Origin: the human T2T-CHM13v2.0 reference genome, Homo sapiens
Assembly: GCF_009914755.1 (NCBI RefSeq)
Contig: NC_060947.1
Strand: one strand, 5' to 3'
DNA: 64,000 nucleotides
The translations under genes were made by a program, and so were the position numbers. Below are positions 27,170 to 42,039 of this stretch, one piece after another. A model generated the notes under the pieces. The model ran no database searches. It was not told the DNA's origin and saw only the letters and a program-made list of their open reading frames with translations. Positions within the stretch are counted from its first letter, which is position 1. The number at the start of each line of letters is the position of its first letter.

Positions 27170-27870
27170 TTGACTTTTAGAATTTTAGCAATGTGTTTTT
27201 AAATGTCCAAATGTGTAGTGTTTTGATTATTTCATTGAGATTATAGAACATGATTGTATGATACAAATTATTTAAATGTTTTGAGATATGCTGTGTGAAC
27301 TTCCATATGATCAATTTTCCCAAATATTTTATGCATATTTTAGAATATTATGTACTTGAAAACTGTTGGAGGCAGGATTTTATATATGTTCCTTCTTTTA
27401 AGTGTGTTAATTGTGTTATTCAAATCTATATAGTTACTATTTTAATTGTTTCTTGATTGAAGTCTATATTATTAGGCACTACAAGTTTATTTTTATATTT
27501 CTAACTTTAATTTATAATTGATACACTATAATTATACATATTTATGAGGTACGATGTGTTTTTTCAATGCATGTATAAGTTGTATAATGTCCAAATCAAG
27601 ATAATTAGCATATAGATCACTTTAAACACCTATCATTTCTTTGTGGTGATAACATTCAAAATCCTCTCTTTCAGCTATCTTGAAATATATAATTCATTGT
27701 TATTAGCTATAGTCACCCTATAGTGTCACAAGTTTAGATTTGTGATACTTTCCTGGTAAATAATCCCTTTTATTATTAATGAATACTCATTAGCCCAAAT
27801 TAGTTTTTCAACTTTCTATTTTTTGATATTAATATAGCTACCACAGCTCTCTTTTGGTTAATATTTCCTA
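27170..27870 (-). mobile_element. Old L1M ORF2 fragments with nested L1MA 3' fragment (~27490-27727, TSD ACAAGTTTA)
   Basis: L1 endonuclease-region and L1MA 3'UTR motifs; flanking direct repeat. Confidence 0.7.
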
Positions 27871-27874
27871 GTAT

Positions 27875-28356
27875 CAGCGTTTGCACCCACGGCATCCTCA
27901 GACTTCAAGTTCTGTTACTATTCATCTCTCAGATTTCAACTCACTGTTCTTTTATAGGTTGCTTGGTTGCTTGTTTTTGGGTTTGGCCCTTAGGGTTTCA
28001 TTTAGTGGAGGTCCTAAAATCCATTTAAATAACTTGTGTTTTTATTTAATTATTATCTAAATATGGTGTTTAGAATATCGTGTCTGCCATTCTACCAAAG
28101 CAGAGTCCTTCGTAGACTTTTGATTCTATTATTGATCTATATAAGCTATCTTATTTAAATCATGTGACCATAGCAGGTATTTTAATCTAGTATGGTATGT
28201 GTTTCCCTTAAGGCTGAAAGCAGCCTAAAATTCCCTTCAGCATATAAGTCCATCACCAATTAAATTTTTTATTGCATTCTGAAGTAGCCCATGGATTTCA
28301 CGTGTGTTCTGCTTTCCCTTACTGTGTTCTATACCTTGTCTACAATATCCTATAAC
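27875..28356 (-). pseudogene. HCN-like channel unit 1, CNBD second half and tail exon remnant (3' limit uncertain)
   Basis: Strong acceptor tttttcttggcctttgctttcactctag. TVR/KAE/T(R)EIHGLLQNAIKNLIGD..REF vs HCN [34 protein letters not shown]. Confidence 0.58.
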
Positions 28357-28544
28357 CTAGAGTGAAAGCAAAGGCCAAGAAAAATTGTATGGCACTCCTC
28401 TAAGAGAGCATGATCAAAGATATACTCCTTGAAAACTATAACATATTTGAATAATTTTTGAACATCCTTAAACAATACTATGTTTTAAATATTTAAGCTA
28501 TTTATTTAACATGTTACTAAATGTCATAATTTGATGTTGGTGTA

Positions 28545-28985
28545 GATTTGTGCTGGCTAGTAGCCACTAGCCACTTGTGGTTATTGAACACTTGAAATGT
28601 GGCTAGTCTGAATTGACATGTGCTGTAATTATAAAATTTCTACCAGATTTTAAAGACTTACTACAATAAAAAGAATGTAAAATAGTTAGCATTAGTTATA
28701 TTGATTAATATTTTAGATATACTGCATCAAATAAAATATATTATCAAAATTAATTTTATGTGTTTTATTTTACTCTTTGATGTGTCTACTTGATTTTAAA
28801 AAAATTTTACTTTAAGTTCTGGGACACAAGTGTAGAACGTGTAGGTGTGTTACATAGGTATACATGTGCCATGATAGTTTGCTGCACCTATCAACCCATC
28901 ATCTAGGTTTTAATCCCCACATGCATTAGCTAAAATTACACGACTCACATTGTAGTTCACATTATACTTTTATTGAACAGTGCTG
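28545..28985. mobile_element. MER33-like hAT MITE interrupted by short L1PA 3' fragment (~28795-28931, minus)
   Basis: TAGCCACTAGCCAC...CTTGAAATGTGGCTAGT and terminal TTGAACAGTGCTG. Confidence 0.75.
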
Positions 28986-30407
28986 GGCTAGAGCAGAGAT
29001 TCCCTATAAAATAATTAAAAAATTGTTAACAGTTTTGTTAAAATATAATTTATAACCATAACATTTACCTGTTGTAAGCATGCAATTCAGTTACTTTTAG
29101 AAATAATTATAGAGTCGTGAAACCATCACACAATTCAGGTTTATGACATTTCCTTCACCTAAAATTCTCCATGTGCCCATTTGCAAATCAATACCCTACT
29201 GCAAATGTTATTGATCTGGGGCTCTTCAATCAGAAATTCCTTGATTTGGATGGGAACAAAATTAGTTCTGTATTTTCATTTACTTCTAAGTGAAACTTAG
29301 CATTACAAATGTGGGCCATAAACTGCTATCGTATTAACAGAACCAGTGATGTTGAGCAATAAATTTAACGTCATTTCTACATCATATTATAGCTGTTACA
29401 AATATCTTCAAACATTTTTGTACTTATTATGAAATTGAAATTATGTCATTTATTATTTGAACTGCTAGATCTTATTATTTACTATATTAATGAATAAGTA
29501 CATTGTATTAATGTATGACTCACAAATGTGAGCCACATTATATCTCAATTGGATAGAACCAAGCTAGAAAATCATAGTCAAAGGTAACTAGACTGTCTCT
29601 TACTTGGGATCAAAAAATGGACTTTGGGAAGTCTGTAACCTTCTTTGAAATTCTATGCAAAACTGTGTGAGGCTGTGCATATAATAATTTTTATTTCACC
29701 AAATATGCAAAGGATTTGAAGACCCACCATTCAACAACAGATTAAGAACAACTATCTTAGACAATACTTACTGATTTTGCATTGTCACATACTAAGTCAT
29801 ATAATGTTGAAGTTCAAAAATAAATCTTGAAAATTGGTTATAGGTTTAAAAAATTCATTTGTTGATTTAATTAACATTTATTGCATGTGTACTAGGGTGG
29901 CAATGATTATTGTTGCCACTCACTCTAGTAACATATGATTTCATGGCACAAAAAAAGAATAAGGGGATATAGAAATGAATGGTGGTCAGATTTTGTGTTG
30001 TAGTAATAATATGGATATTTTAAGTTTATATATTCACATAATTCATGTTGATATCATTCAGTCAAGCTAAAAAGTTATATAATATCCCAAAAAGAGAATT
30101 CTGCATTGGTCTGTCTGAGAAGGCCATGGTGCTCAGAGCCTCAGGAATAAGATTCTGAGTTGCACTACCAGATAAGCCACTGAGATCAGCAGGGGTGCTG
30201 GCTGAGGATGAGGGCCAGAGGTGTCCTGGAGCTCGCTCCCACCAGCAATTAAGAATTCAATTGTTAGTATCACTTCCCAACTCCTTATTCAGTGGTTTTA
30301 ACTTGGTAGGTTGAATTAAGCCATGGTGGAAGCATTTGCACTACAAAAAATTAGAAAATGCTACAAACCAGGGTTATTAAAAAAATGGATGTTAAACATT
30401 GCCACTA

Positions 30408-30960
30408 AGATGTCCCTTAGTAGGTGAATGAATAAATAAACTGTAGTATATCCAGACAATGCAGTATTAATTGGTGCTAAAAGGAAATGAGCTATCCAGC
30501 CATGAAAAGGCATGCAGGAATTTTAAGTGCATACTGCTAAGTGACAGAAGCTAATCTAAAAAGGTTACACTGTGTGATTCAAACTATATGACATTTTGGA
30601 AAAGGGAAAACTATGAAGAGATTTAAAAAAAGTGGTTGTTAGGGGCTGGGGTTGGCAGGACGAATAGATTAGCAGAGGATTTTTAGGGCAGTGAAACTAC
30701 TCTGTATAATACTATAATGGTGGATACATGTCATTTTACGTTTGTTCAAACTCATAGGATGTGCAACACCAAGAGTGAACCCTTAACGTTAACTGTGGTC
30801 AATGTAGGTTAATCAGTTGTAACAAATGTATGTCTCTAGTGGGGCAAATCATAATGGGGCAGGCTATGCATGTGTGGGGATAGGGGTGTAAGGGAAAACT
30901 CTATACCTTTCTCTCAATTTTATTATGAGCCTAAAACTACTTTTAAAAATATAGTATTTT
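30408..30960 (+). mobile_element. L1MC/MD-like 3' fragment
   Basis: GAAATGAGCTATCCAGCCATGAAAAG...GGCAGTGAAACTACTCTGTAT motifs. Confidence 0.75.
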
Positions 30961-31182
30961 AGAAAATTATCAGTATATCGCTGATGACAGAACTCTAAAA
31001 TAGATGGTAGAAAAGGGTATTGTGTATCAATTTTGTCCCTGAAACCAACTGTAAGAAAGGGGACAATAGTTCATTGCACTAACTTTTCTTTAAGTTTGGA
31101 GGAAGTGATGCCCATAAGAATCCTAAAGGTGCTGCTTCAATATTTGACAAGGAAGAAAATCTGAGGGCTTCAGGGAATGGAC

Positions 31183-31620
31183 TGTGGTGGACAATGTGAC
31201 TCACCCCTCAGCATCCTCCTTAGAAATGAAGGACTTTTTACCCCAACTACTGAGAATGCTTCAAGCACACAGGCACCAGCTGTCATTCTCCATTTAAGAT
31301 TGTCTCAGCTGAAGACAGTTTCCTTAACTGAAGTCACGCGTAACCCACATTCAGTGACTGATTGATGCAAGGGTATAAAATCCTGGCCCTCTTATTCTAA
31401 CTTTGATCAACCTTAAAGAGTCATCCTATCCTTAGATTTCCCTTTAGGGTCAGTTGAGGCTTTAGTTGAGGCTACATTATGGCTCGATCTCTCCCTCTGT
31501 TCAATCTTACTTCTTTCCTCTCTTTTCCATAGGTGGTTAATTCCAAGAGCACACCTTTAAAAATTTCCTTGGGTTACTTATCTGTCTCATAGTCTGCTTC
31601 CCAAGAATGTCAACCTGTGA
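31183..31620 (+). mobile_element. ERVL LTR16-family solo LTR
   Basis: GGGTATAAAA box and 3' end AGTCTGCTTCCCAAGAA..CAACCTG. Confidence 0.6.
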
Positions 31621-31884
31621 GAGGAAGTTAAAGTAACTACAAATCAAGACATATAAAATAATATGCACTTCCATTTAAAAAGAAACTGCAGCAGAAAAAA
31701 AGCTAATACACTAAAACCTTTTTTATCAATTATCTCATGTAGTTTCTACAACCGTGTGAGATGATAAGAAAAATATATGTAAGTTTTATAGAAATTTTGA
31801 AGTTTAAGAAGTGAATTTGATGTTCAAATTACATGATTTATCACAGAGATGATCTGGGGTAAAAAAGCTGATGAGGAGCTGTTC

Positions 31885-34010
31885 TAGTCCAACACCACAC
31901 TTAATGAGAAAAAGTTGAAAGCATTGCCTCTAAGAATTGGAACAAGACAAGGATGTCCACCTTCATCACTCTTATTCAATACATTGGAAGTCCTCACTGG
32001 AGCAATCAGGAAAGAGAAAAAGAATAAAAGGCACCCAATAGGAAAATAGGAAGTCAAATTATCCCTATTATCTGAGGATATGATCCTATATCTAGAAAAC
32101 CCTAACCACTCCACCAAAAAGCTCTTAAATTTGATAAATGAATTCAGTAGTTTCAGGATGCAAAATTAACATACAGAAATCAATAGCTTTTCTGTACACC
32201 AATAAGGATCAAGCAGAGGACCAAATCAAGAAGGCAATCTCATTTAAAATAGATACAAAAAATGAAATACTAAGGAATGTATTTAACCAAGGAGGTGAAA
32301 GATGTCGATAAGGAGAACTACAAAACACTGATGAAAGAAATCATATATGACACAAGTAAATGGAAAAATATGCTTATAGACTGGGAGAATCAATATCATG
32401 AAAATGACCATAGTGCCCAGAGCAATTTATGGATTCAACACAATTCCTATCAAATTACCAATGTCACTTTTCATAGAGTTAAGAAAACTAATTTGAACAT
32501 TCATATGGAATCAAAAAAGAGCCCAATAGACAAAGAAAACCTCAGCAGAAGGAACAAAGCTGGAATCATGGCATTACCTGACTTCGAACTATACCATAAG
32601 TCTACAGTAGCCAATATGGCATAGTACTGATACAAAAACAGACACATAGCCCAGTGGAACAGAACAGAGAACACAGAAATAAAGCAACATACCTACAACC
32701 AACTCATCTTTGACAAAGTACGCAAAAATATAAACTGAGAAAAAGGCACACTATTAAATAAGTGGTGCTGGGAAAACTGGCTAGCCATACACAGAAGAAT
32801 GAAACTCGACACCTACCTCTCACCATATAAAAAAATCAGTTCAAGATGGATCAAAGACCTAAACATAAGACCTGAAACTATAAAATCTTATAAGAAAACC
32901 TAGGAAACTCTCTTCTGGACATTGGATTAAGCAAACAATTTATGACCAAGTCCTCAACAGCAAATGCAACAAATACAAAAATAGACAAATGAGACAATTA
33001 AACTAAAAAGCTTCAGCACAGCAAAAGAAACAATCAACAGAGCAAACACACAACTCACAGAATGGGAAGAATATTTGCGAACTATGTATCAGACAAAGGG
33101 CTAATATCCAGAATCTAGAAGGAACTCAGCTCAGCAAGAGAAAACAAATAATCCCGTTAAAAACTGGGGAAAGACACGAGCAGATATTTTTCCAAAGAAG
33201 ATATACAAGCAGCCAACAAACATATGAAAAAATGCTCAACATCACTAATCATCAGATAAATGCAAATTATAACCACAATGAGATACAATCTCACAGCAGT
33301 CAGAATGACTATTATTAAAAAGTGAAAAAGCAACAGATGTTGGTGAGGTTGTGGAGAAAAGGGAACTCTTACACACTGTTGGTGAGAATGTAGATTAGTT
33401 TGACCCCTATGGAAAACTATGGATAATTCCAAAATAACTAAAAATAGAACTACTATTTTATCCAGCAATCCCACTACTGTATATTCACCCCCCCCAAAAG
33501 AAAACATTATATTAAAAAAGACATTTGCATTCATATGTTTATCACAGCACTGTTCACAATAGTAAAGATTGGAATCAACCTGTGTCCATTGATGGAGGAT
33601 TGGATAAACAAAATGTGGCATACATATATACCATGGAATACTACTCAGCCTTAACAAGGAATGCAATCATGTCTCTTGCAGCAACATGTATGAAACTGAA
33701 GGCCATTATTCTAAGTGAAATAACTCAGCAACAGAAACTCAGATACTACATGTTCTCACTTATAAGTGGGAGCTAAACAATGGGTACGAATGGACATATT
33801 GAGTGGAATAACAGACATTGGAGACTACAAAACATGGGAGGAGGTGAGGGTTGAAAAATGACCTGTTGGGTACAGTGTTCACCATTTGGACGATGGGTAA
33901 ACTAAAAGCCCTGACTTCTCCACTAGGAAATATATGCATGTAAGAAATCTGCACTTGTACCTCCTAAATCTATAAAAATTTAAAAATTAAAAATTAAAAA
34001 ATGAAAAAAA
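31885..34010 (+). mobile_element. 5'-truncated L1PB (PB3-like)
   Basis: ORF2 remnants (32277-32624, 33525-33776); 3' end GTAAGAAATCTGCACTTGTACC plus A tail. Confidence 0.88.
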
Positions 34011-34436
34011 CCAGAAAGACTGCCCTCTAAATTTCTGATAAATTTTACAGAAGATTAACGTGACTTTCAATATTTTATAGATAAAGAAACAGACAGACAA
34101 AGAGAGTAAGCAACTTAGATAACTGGTGATGAAAGAGCAAACACCTAGTAAATTGTAGAGATAGAAATTAAATTCAGGATTGCTTGACTTTGATCCAGAG
34201 CTGTTTCCACTAGCCCACAATTAGCTGCTCTCTTTTTGAAAAGAAATGCCTTTGAATTTGTTGGCCTTTTAGTTTTATACATTGCTTGATTACAAATTCA
34301 ATTAGCATTTTCAACGTGTGTAACATATGAGTTTCTCCTGGGATAACATTTCAACATTCATATTCAATACTATGACACAGTTTTGTGTTTGGTAAATTTA
34401 AAAGAACATTATTTTCATAAATGCTATAGAAAATAA

Positions 34437-34862
<426 letters not shown>

Positions 34863-35520
34863 AGAATTTTCAAGCAAAGTCATGAAACCTTATGTTTATT
34901 AAGAGAGCAAATGGCTTTCAAAACATTAAGGGATACTGTTCCATTTTAAATAATCTGGCACATCTTACATGAAAATTTTAAAAGATAAAATTAAATACTG
35001 TGTGGACAATTAGTCAAGGTTATAAAATTGCATCTTGTATAATGTGAATTGCATATCTCCTTTACATTCAGATATTAAATCACTCATTCATCAAATATTC
35101 ATTTATTTAGGTGTCAGATCCTGGACTAAGTACTGGGGATGCATGAGTTAAGTGATCCATGGTTCATGTCATCAAGTCTTCCTTGCACTATATGACACCA
35201 ATTGTGCCTTATATATAAAAATGTTTACAATTAACTTTGATTAGTTCAGGGCTATGCTTTTGTCTTCTCTCATATTATTCGTCTTGTAGTACAAAACCTT
35301 TAACCATTGCAAGTCTTGGAATTACTGTGCTCCATAATTTCTAGAGACAGGAAAGCAGGATTGATTAAGACCTGAAACTAGAAAACTAGTAGAAGAAAGC
35401 ATAGGAGAAATGCTTCAGCATATTAGCATAGGCAAATATTTTATGGGTAAGAATTTAAAAGCACAGGCAACAAAAATAAAAATAGAAAAATGATAGTATA
35501 TCAAAATAAAGAGCTTCTGT

Positions 35521-38500
35521 TGATTTGTTTAAGTTCCTTATAGATTCTGGGTATTAGTCCTTTGTAGGATGCATAGTGTGCAAATACTTTCCCTCATTCT
35601 GTATGTTTTCTGTTTACTCTGTTGATTGTTTCTTTTGCTGTGCAGAAGTTTTTAGCTTAATTAAACCTCTTTTATCCAATTTTTTATTGTTGCATTTGTC
35701 TTTAGGTCTTAGTCATAAATTCTTTGTCTATGCCAACGTCCAGAAGAGGTTTTCCTGGGTTTTCTTTTAGAATTTTTCTAGTGATTAGGTGCTACATTTA
35801 AGTCTTTAATCTACCTTGAGTTGAATGTTGTATATGGTGAGAAGTAGTGGTACAGTTTCATTCTTCTGCATATGGCTTGCCACTTTTCTCAGCACCATTT
35901 GTTGAATAGGGTGTCCTTTCCTTATTGTTTACTTTTGTTGACTTTGTTGAAGCTCAGTTGGGTGTAGGTATGTGGATTTATTTCTGGGCTCTCTAATCTG
36001 TTCCGTTAATCTATATGTTTATTTTGTACCAGTATCATGCTATTTTGGTTACTGATATCGTTTGGCTCTGTGTCCCCACTCAAATCTCATTTCAAATTGT
36101 AATCCCCATGTGTCAAGGGCAAGACCTGGTGGCAGGTGATTGGATCATGGAATCAGTTTCGCTGTTGCTGTTCTTGAGATAGTGAGTGAGTTCTCACCTG
36201 ATCTGATGGTTTTATAACTGTTTGACAGTTCCTCCTAAACACACATTCTCTCTTGCCTGCCTCCATGTATGACATACTTGCTTTGCGTTCCACCACGATT
36301 TTAAGTTTCCTGAGGCATCCCCAGCCATGTGAAACTGTGAGTCAATTAAAGCTCTTTCCTTTATAAATTACCCAGTCTCAGTGGTATTGTTTATAGCAGT
36401 GTGAGAACAAACTAATACAGTAAATTGGTACCACAGAGAGTGGGGTACAGCTATGAAGATATTGGAAAATGTGGAAGTGACTTTGGAACTTGGTAACTGG
36501 CAGAGGTTGGAACAGATTGGAGGGCTCAGAAAAGGACAGGAAGATGTGGGAAAGTTTGGAGCATCCTAGAGACTTGTTGAATGGATTTGACCAAAATGCT
36601 GATAGCGATGTGAATAATAAAGTCTAGGCGGAGGTATTCTCAGATGAAGATGAGGAACTTATTGAGAACTGGGGTAAAGGTCACTCACGCCATGCTTTAC
36701 CAAAGAGACTGGGGGCATTTTGCCCCTGCCCTAGAGATCTGTGGAACTTAGAACTTGAGAGACATGGTCTGAAATTGGAACTTATATTTAAAATGGAAAA
36801 GGAGTATAAAAGTTTGAAAAATTTGCAGCCTGGTGATGCCATAGAAAAGAAAAACCCATTTGGGGGGAGATATTCAAGCCAGCTGCAGAAATCTGCCCAA
36901 GTAATGAAGAGCCAAATGTTAATTGCCAAGACAATGGGGAAAATGTCTCCCAGATATGTCAGAGTTTTTGACAGCAGCCCCTCCCATCACAGACCTAGGA
37001 GGAAAAAATGGTTTCATGGTCTGGGCCCAGGGCCTTGCTGTTTTGTGCAGTCTCAGGACTTGGTGCTTTGCATCCCAGCCATGGCTAAAAGTGGCCAATA
37101 TACAGCTCAGGCCATTGCTTCAGAGGGTTCAAGCCCCAAGCCAGTCAAGAATTGAGGTTTGGAAACCTCCACCTAGATTTCAGAGGATGTATGAAATTGC
37201 CTGGATCTCCAGAGGGAAGTCTGCTTCAGGGGTGAAGCCCTGATGGAGAACCTCTGCTAGAGTGGTGCAAAGGGGAAATGCGGGGTTGGAGCCCCCACAC
37301 AGAGTCCCCACTGTGGCACTGCCTAGTGGAGCTGTGAGAAGAGGGCCACTGTCCTCCAGACCCCAGAATGATAGATCCACCAACAGCTTGCACCATGGAC
37401 CTGAAAAAGCTGCAGACACTCAATGCCAGCCCACGAAAGTAGCCAGGATGGGGGCCGTACCCTGCAAAGCCATAGGGGCAGAGCTACCCAAGACCATAGG
37501 AGCCCACCCCTTTCATCGGAATTACCTGGATGTGAAACATGGAGTCAAAGGTGATTATTTAGGAGCTTTAAGGTTTAATGAGTACCCCACTGGCATTGGA
37601 TTTTGAACTTGCATGGGGTCTGTAGCCCTTAAGTTTTGGCCAATTTCTTCCCTTTGGAATGGAAGCATTTATCCAATTTCTGTATCCCCATTGTATCTTG
37701 AAAGGAACTAACTCTTGTTTTATTATTTTACAGGCTCATAGGCGGAAGAGAGTTGCCTTGTCTCAGATGAACTTTTGGACTGTGGACATTTGAGTTAATG
37801 TTGAAATGAGCTAAGATGTTGGGAGACTGTTGAGAAGGCATGGTTCATTTTGAAACGTGAAAAAGATGAGATTTGGGAGGGGCCAGGGGCAGAATGATAT
37901 GTTTTGCCTCTGTGTTTCCACCAAAATCTCATCTTGAATTGTAATCCCCATAATTCCCACCTGTTGAGGAAGGACCTTGTGGGATGTGATTTGATCATGG
38001 AGGCAGTTTTCCCCGTGCTATTCTCGTGATAGTGAGTGAGTCCTAATAAGATCTGATGGTTTTATAAGTGTTTGACAGTTTCTCCTACACATGCATTCCC
38101 TCTCTCACCTGCCACCATGTAAGACGTGTCTGCTACACCTTCCACCATGATTGTAGTTTCCTGAGGCCTCCCTAGCCATGCAGAACTGTGGGTCAATTAA
38201 ACTTCTTTCCTTTATAAATTACCCAGTCTTAGTAGTATTCTTTATAGCAGTGGGAGAACAGATTAATATAGTTACTATAGCCTTGTAATGTAGTTTGAAG
38301 TCTGGCAATGTGATGCCTCCAGCTATTTTTCATTTTGCTTAGGATTACTTTGGTTATTTGGGCTTTTTTGTTCCACATGAATTTCAGAATTGTTTTCTCT
38401 AATTCTGTGAAAAATGATGTTGGTAATTTGACAGAAAATATGTTTAATTTGTAGATTGTTTTGTGAGGTATGGTCATTTTTATTTTAACCCCATTAAAAA

Positions 38501-39338
38501 GTGATCAAAGAACATGAACAGACATTTCTCAAAGGAAGACATACAAGGAAGGCCAACAAACATATGAAAAAATGCTTAACATTACTAATCATCAGAGAAA
38601 TGCAAATTGAAAGATACTATCTCACACCAGTCTGAATGGCTATTATTAAAAGGTCAAAAATAATAGATGTTGGCAAAGATGTGGAGAAAAGGAAATGCTT
38701 ATTCATTTTTGGTGGGTATGTAAATTAATTCAACCCCTATGAAAAACAGTATCTAGATCTCTCAATGAACTAAAAATAGAACTATAATTCATCACAGCAA
38801 TCCCACTACTGTGTATCTACCCCAAAGAAATCACTTTATCAGAAAGGCATCTGCACTTGTATGTTTATCACAACACTATTCACAATAGCAAAGTCATGGA
38901 ATCAACCTGTGTCTCTCTAGGGTTGACTAAACAAAGAAAATGTAGCATATATTTACCTTGGAATACTATGCAGCCATAAGAGGAATGAAATTGAGATCAT
39001 GTCCTTTGCAGCAACATGGATGGAGCTGGAGGCCATTATCCTGGTGAAATAACTCAGAAACAGAAAATCAAATACTTCATGTTCTCACTTAGAATTGGAG
39101 CTAAAAATGGGTACACATGGACATAAAGATGGAAATAATAAACACAAGGGCTCCAAAAGGGGAGAAGTTGGGAGTGAGGTGAAGTTGAAAAACTACTTAT
39201 TGAGTACTATGTTCACTATTTGGGTAATAGCGTTCAGTAGTGTTCAATAGAAGCCCAAATCCTGGCATTACACAATGTAGCCACATAAGAAACTTGCACA
39301 TGTATCCCCTGAATTTATAATAAAAATAAATTAAAAAA
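35521..39338 (+). mobile_element. L1PB4-like with 5' inversion (35521-38485 minus, 38486-39338 plus)
   Basis: Outer end of the inverted segment (AAGGAACTTAAACAAATCA) abuts the start of the sense segment (AACCCCATTAAAAAGTG) in L1 coordinates. Confidence 0.8.
36053..38270 (+). mobile_element. Full THE1D-like provirus: LTR 36053-36419, internal, LTR 37895-38270
   Basis: Two LTRs; perfect 5-bp TSD GTTAC (36048-36052, 38271-38275). Confidence 0.92.
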
Positions 39339-39947
39339 ATTTCTGCACAGTAAAGGAAACAATCAACAGCCTGTAGAGACAAGTTGTACAATGGGAGGAA
39401 ATATTTGCAAACTATTCATCTGACAAGGGACTAATATTCAAAATATACAACAAACTCAACCAACTCAACAGCAAAATCACCCAAATAATTTGATTTAAAA
39501 TGGGCAGAAGATCTGAATATAAATTTATCAAAAGAATACATATAAATGGCCAATATGTATGTAAAAATGCTCAACATTACTACTCATCAGATAAATACAA
39601 ATCAAAACCACAATGAGATATTTTGTCATCCCACTTAGAATGGTTATTATCAAAAAGACAAAAAATAACTGGTGAAGATGCAGAGACAAGGTAATCCATA
39701 CATTGTTAGTGGGAATATAAATTAGTATAGCCACTATGAAAAGCAGTATATAGGTTTCTCTATAAACTGGAAATAGAACTACCATAAGACCCACCAATCC
39801 CACTACTGGGTATATATCCATGGGAAAGAAAATCAATATAGGAAGAGATATCTGCACTCCTATATTTATTATAGCCCTAGTCATAACAGCCAAGATATGG
39901 AATCAACCTAAATGCCCATCAATAAATGAATAGATAAAGAAAATGTT

Positions 39948-39980
<33 letters not shown>

Positions 39981-39981
39981 C
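39948..39981. repeat. (CA)n microsatellite
   Basis: Direct observation. Confidence 0.95.
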
Positions 39982-40849
39982 TAATACTATTCAGACATAA
40001 AAAGGATTTTATGTTAAGTAAAACAAGCACAGAAAGACAAATTACCACATGTTCTCACCCATATGCAGGATATAAAAAAACTGAGCTCATTGAAGTAGAG
40101 TGTAATATTATGGTTATTAGAGGCTGGAAAGCATAGGGGGAAGGGAGGATGGAGGAGATGGTTTAATGGACAAAATTCCTCTTAAATAGGAATAATAAGT
40201 TCTAGTGTTTTACAACTGTGTAGGATAAATATAGTTAACAATAATTTATTGTATATTGAACATATACAGGCTAGAAAAGAGGATTTTAGATGGTCCAAAC
40301 ACAAAGAAATTATCAGTTTGAGGTGATGCATACGCTAATTACCCTGATTTGATCATTACACATTTTATACATGTATCAAAATATCATTTTGTACCCCATA
40401 AATGTGTACAATTATTATGGGTCAATTGAAAATTAAAAAAAAGAAAAGCATAGTTAACCAAAATACAAGACAAAATTTTAAATTCTTTTTTGTCAGCTAA
40501 AAACCCAAGAAAACAATAAAGTCAAACAGCAATGTTCATGGACATCAAGGGGCTGATCTAGAAACAAATTGAAATAAATTACTGAGATTAACTGAAATGG
40601 GTAATTACACATCTCTTTTCTGAATTATACATGACCAGTGAAATTACTAGTTTGATATAACATGTTAGAAGGTGCTCCTTTTGCTACCAATTAGACTCTG
40701 AGAATTTTCTTGTATCTTTAAACAAAGATAGTTGTGCCTCCTGACACATAGGATTGCAGATAAGGCAGTAATTTAACTACAAAATTGCCTAGCTTCCTGT
40801 TTATTTTTGGAGTATTCAGAATACATATAATTAGATTTCTGAGCATAGA

Positions 40850-41175
40850 ATTATGTCCAAGGAAGGATGGTAAAAAGATACCCTTCTGCTTTCAGTACAT
40901 TTGAAGCAAGTATATACATATCGTCACAGAGTTGTGGAGTAGCTTCAAAACGGAAAATTATCTGACAAAACTGTGATTAGGCAGGTTGACTCCAGCCATG
41001 AATCTGCAGCAACTCGACAATCAGGTACAGCAGTCCTAAATTCAACTCGCAATTGTTCTTAGAGAAATTATTCCCTATGTCTCGTCATGAAAATCTTTGA
41101 TTCATGCTGGCCTTCATGGCCTACTCTTCAATTAGACCATGTTCTAATATTTTTGCCCTCACAGAATATACATTA
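40850..41175 (-). pseudogene. HCN-like channel unit 1, C-linker and CNBD first half exon remnant
   Basis: HEGQHESKIF/HDE (HCN YEHRYQGKIFDE), EQLRVEF (DPLREEI), FRFEA (LRFEV), CDDMYILASNVLKAEG (GKKMYFIQHGVAGV), all in correct order; retained CpGs; splice sites degenerate. Confidence 0.75.
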
Positions 41176-42039
41176 AGAGGCAATGAAAATTACTGTTATC
41201 CTGTTACTTCTTGAGTTTTCCTAACCTACATTCACTGCCTTTACACTCTTTGACCTTTTGCACATCCTTCCCACACATGGTCAGATGCAATGTTACCAAA
41301 GAAACAGAGTAACATAACTTCATTGTACACTGGGGTCAAAGTTCTAACTTTGTCAATATTAGCTAGTCAATTTTAATATTAAAATGAAGTTATATCTAAT
41401 GTTGAATATGAGGAAAGGCATGCTCATTAACTGGCTCTAGAGAGGTATTGGCACTTTGGAAGACTTGGGGTTATATTGAATTTAATGATATTGTAAATGT
41501 TTATCATTCATCTAGTTTAAATGCACTTAGATTACATTTTAGGCTTCAATTGTAACTGATTCATACATACATATTTTATACATCTAAAGAGAGAAAGTAT
41601 CATATACAATCAGTTGTATCATTTTCTGACTTTTTTTCCCTTGGGCTTTTTGTTTTCTGCTTATCTCAAATCAAAATTTTACACACTCCCAAAACTTTAT
41701 TTTGAAAACACTCCACCCATTTATGAGTACAGTGCTGAATATTATCTTTATTTAAGGGAAGGGAACAGAAATAATCAAGAAACTTGAAAAAAATGGCATA
41801 TAATGCCAAAGTATCAGTTGAAGAGATGGCAAACATTTGGGTAGGACTCTAGCTAGGATAGTGGCTAAATGCTATAAAATTATTGGAGTTCGAAGTTAGC
41901 TAAGGAGTCAAAAGTTCAGGTTTTCTGGCCAAAACACCAATGAGTAAATTTTTGGGTGTTTGGAACAGCCCAAAATGTTCAAAGACCAAAGTATCATATT
42001 TATTTGTTCATTTGTTTAATTATTATTTTAAATCTATGC

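Larger units (their letters stand above)
35365..40445 (+). mobile_element. L1MA4/5-like host (35365-35520 and 39340-40445)
   Basis: AGCTTCTG/CACAG continuity across the nested insert; L1MA 3' end. Confidence 0.8.

Noticed and set aside
27960-28035. LFKWILGPPLNETL as the HCN domain of unit 2
   Set aside because: A better HCN-domain/S1 match with its own acceptor exists at 23374-22960.
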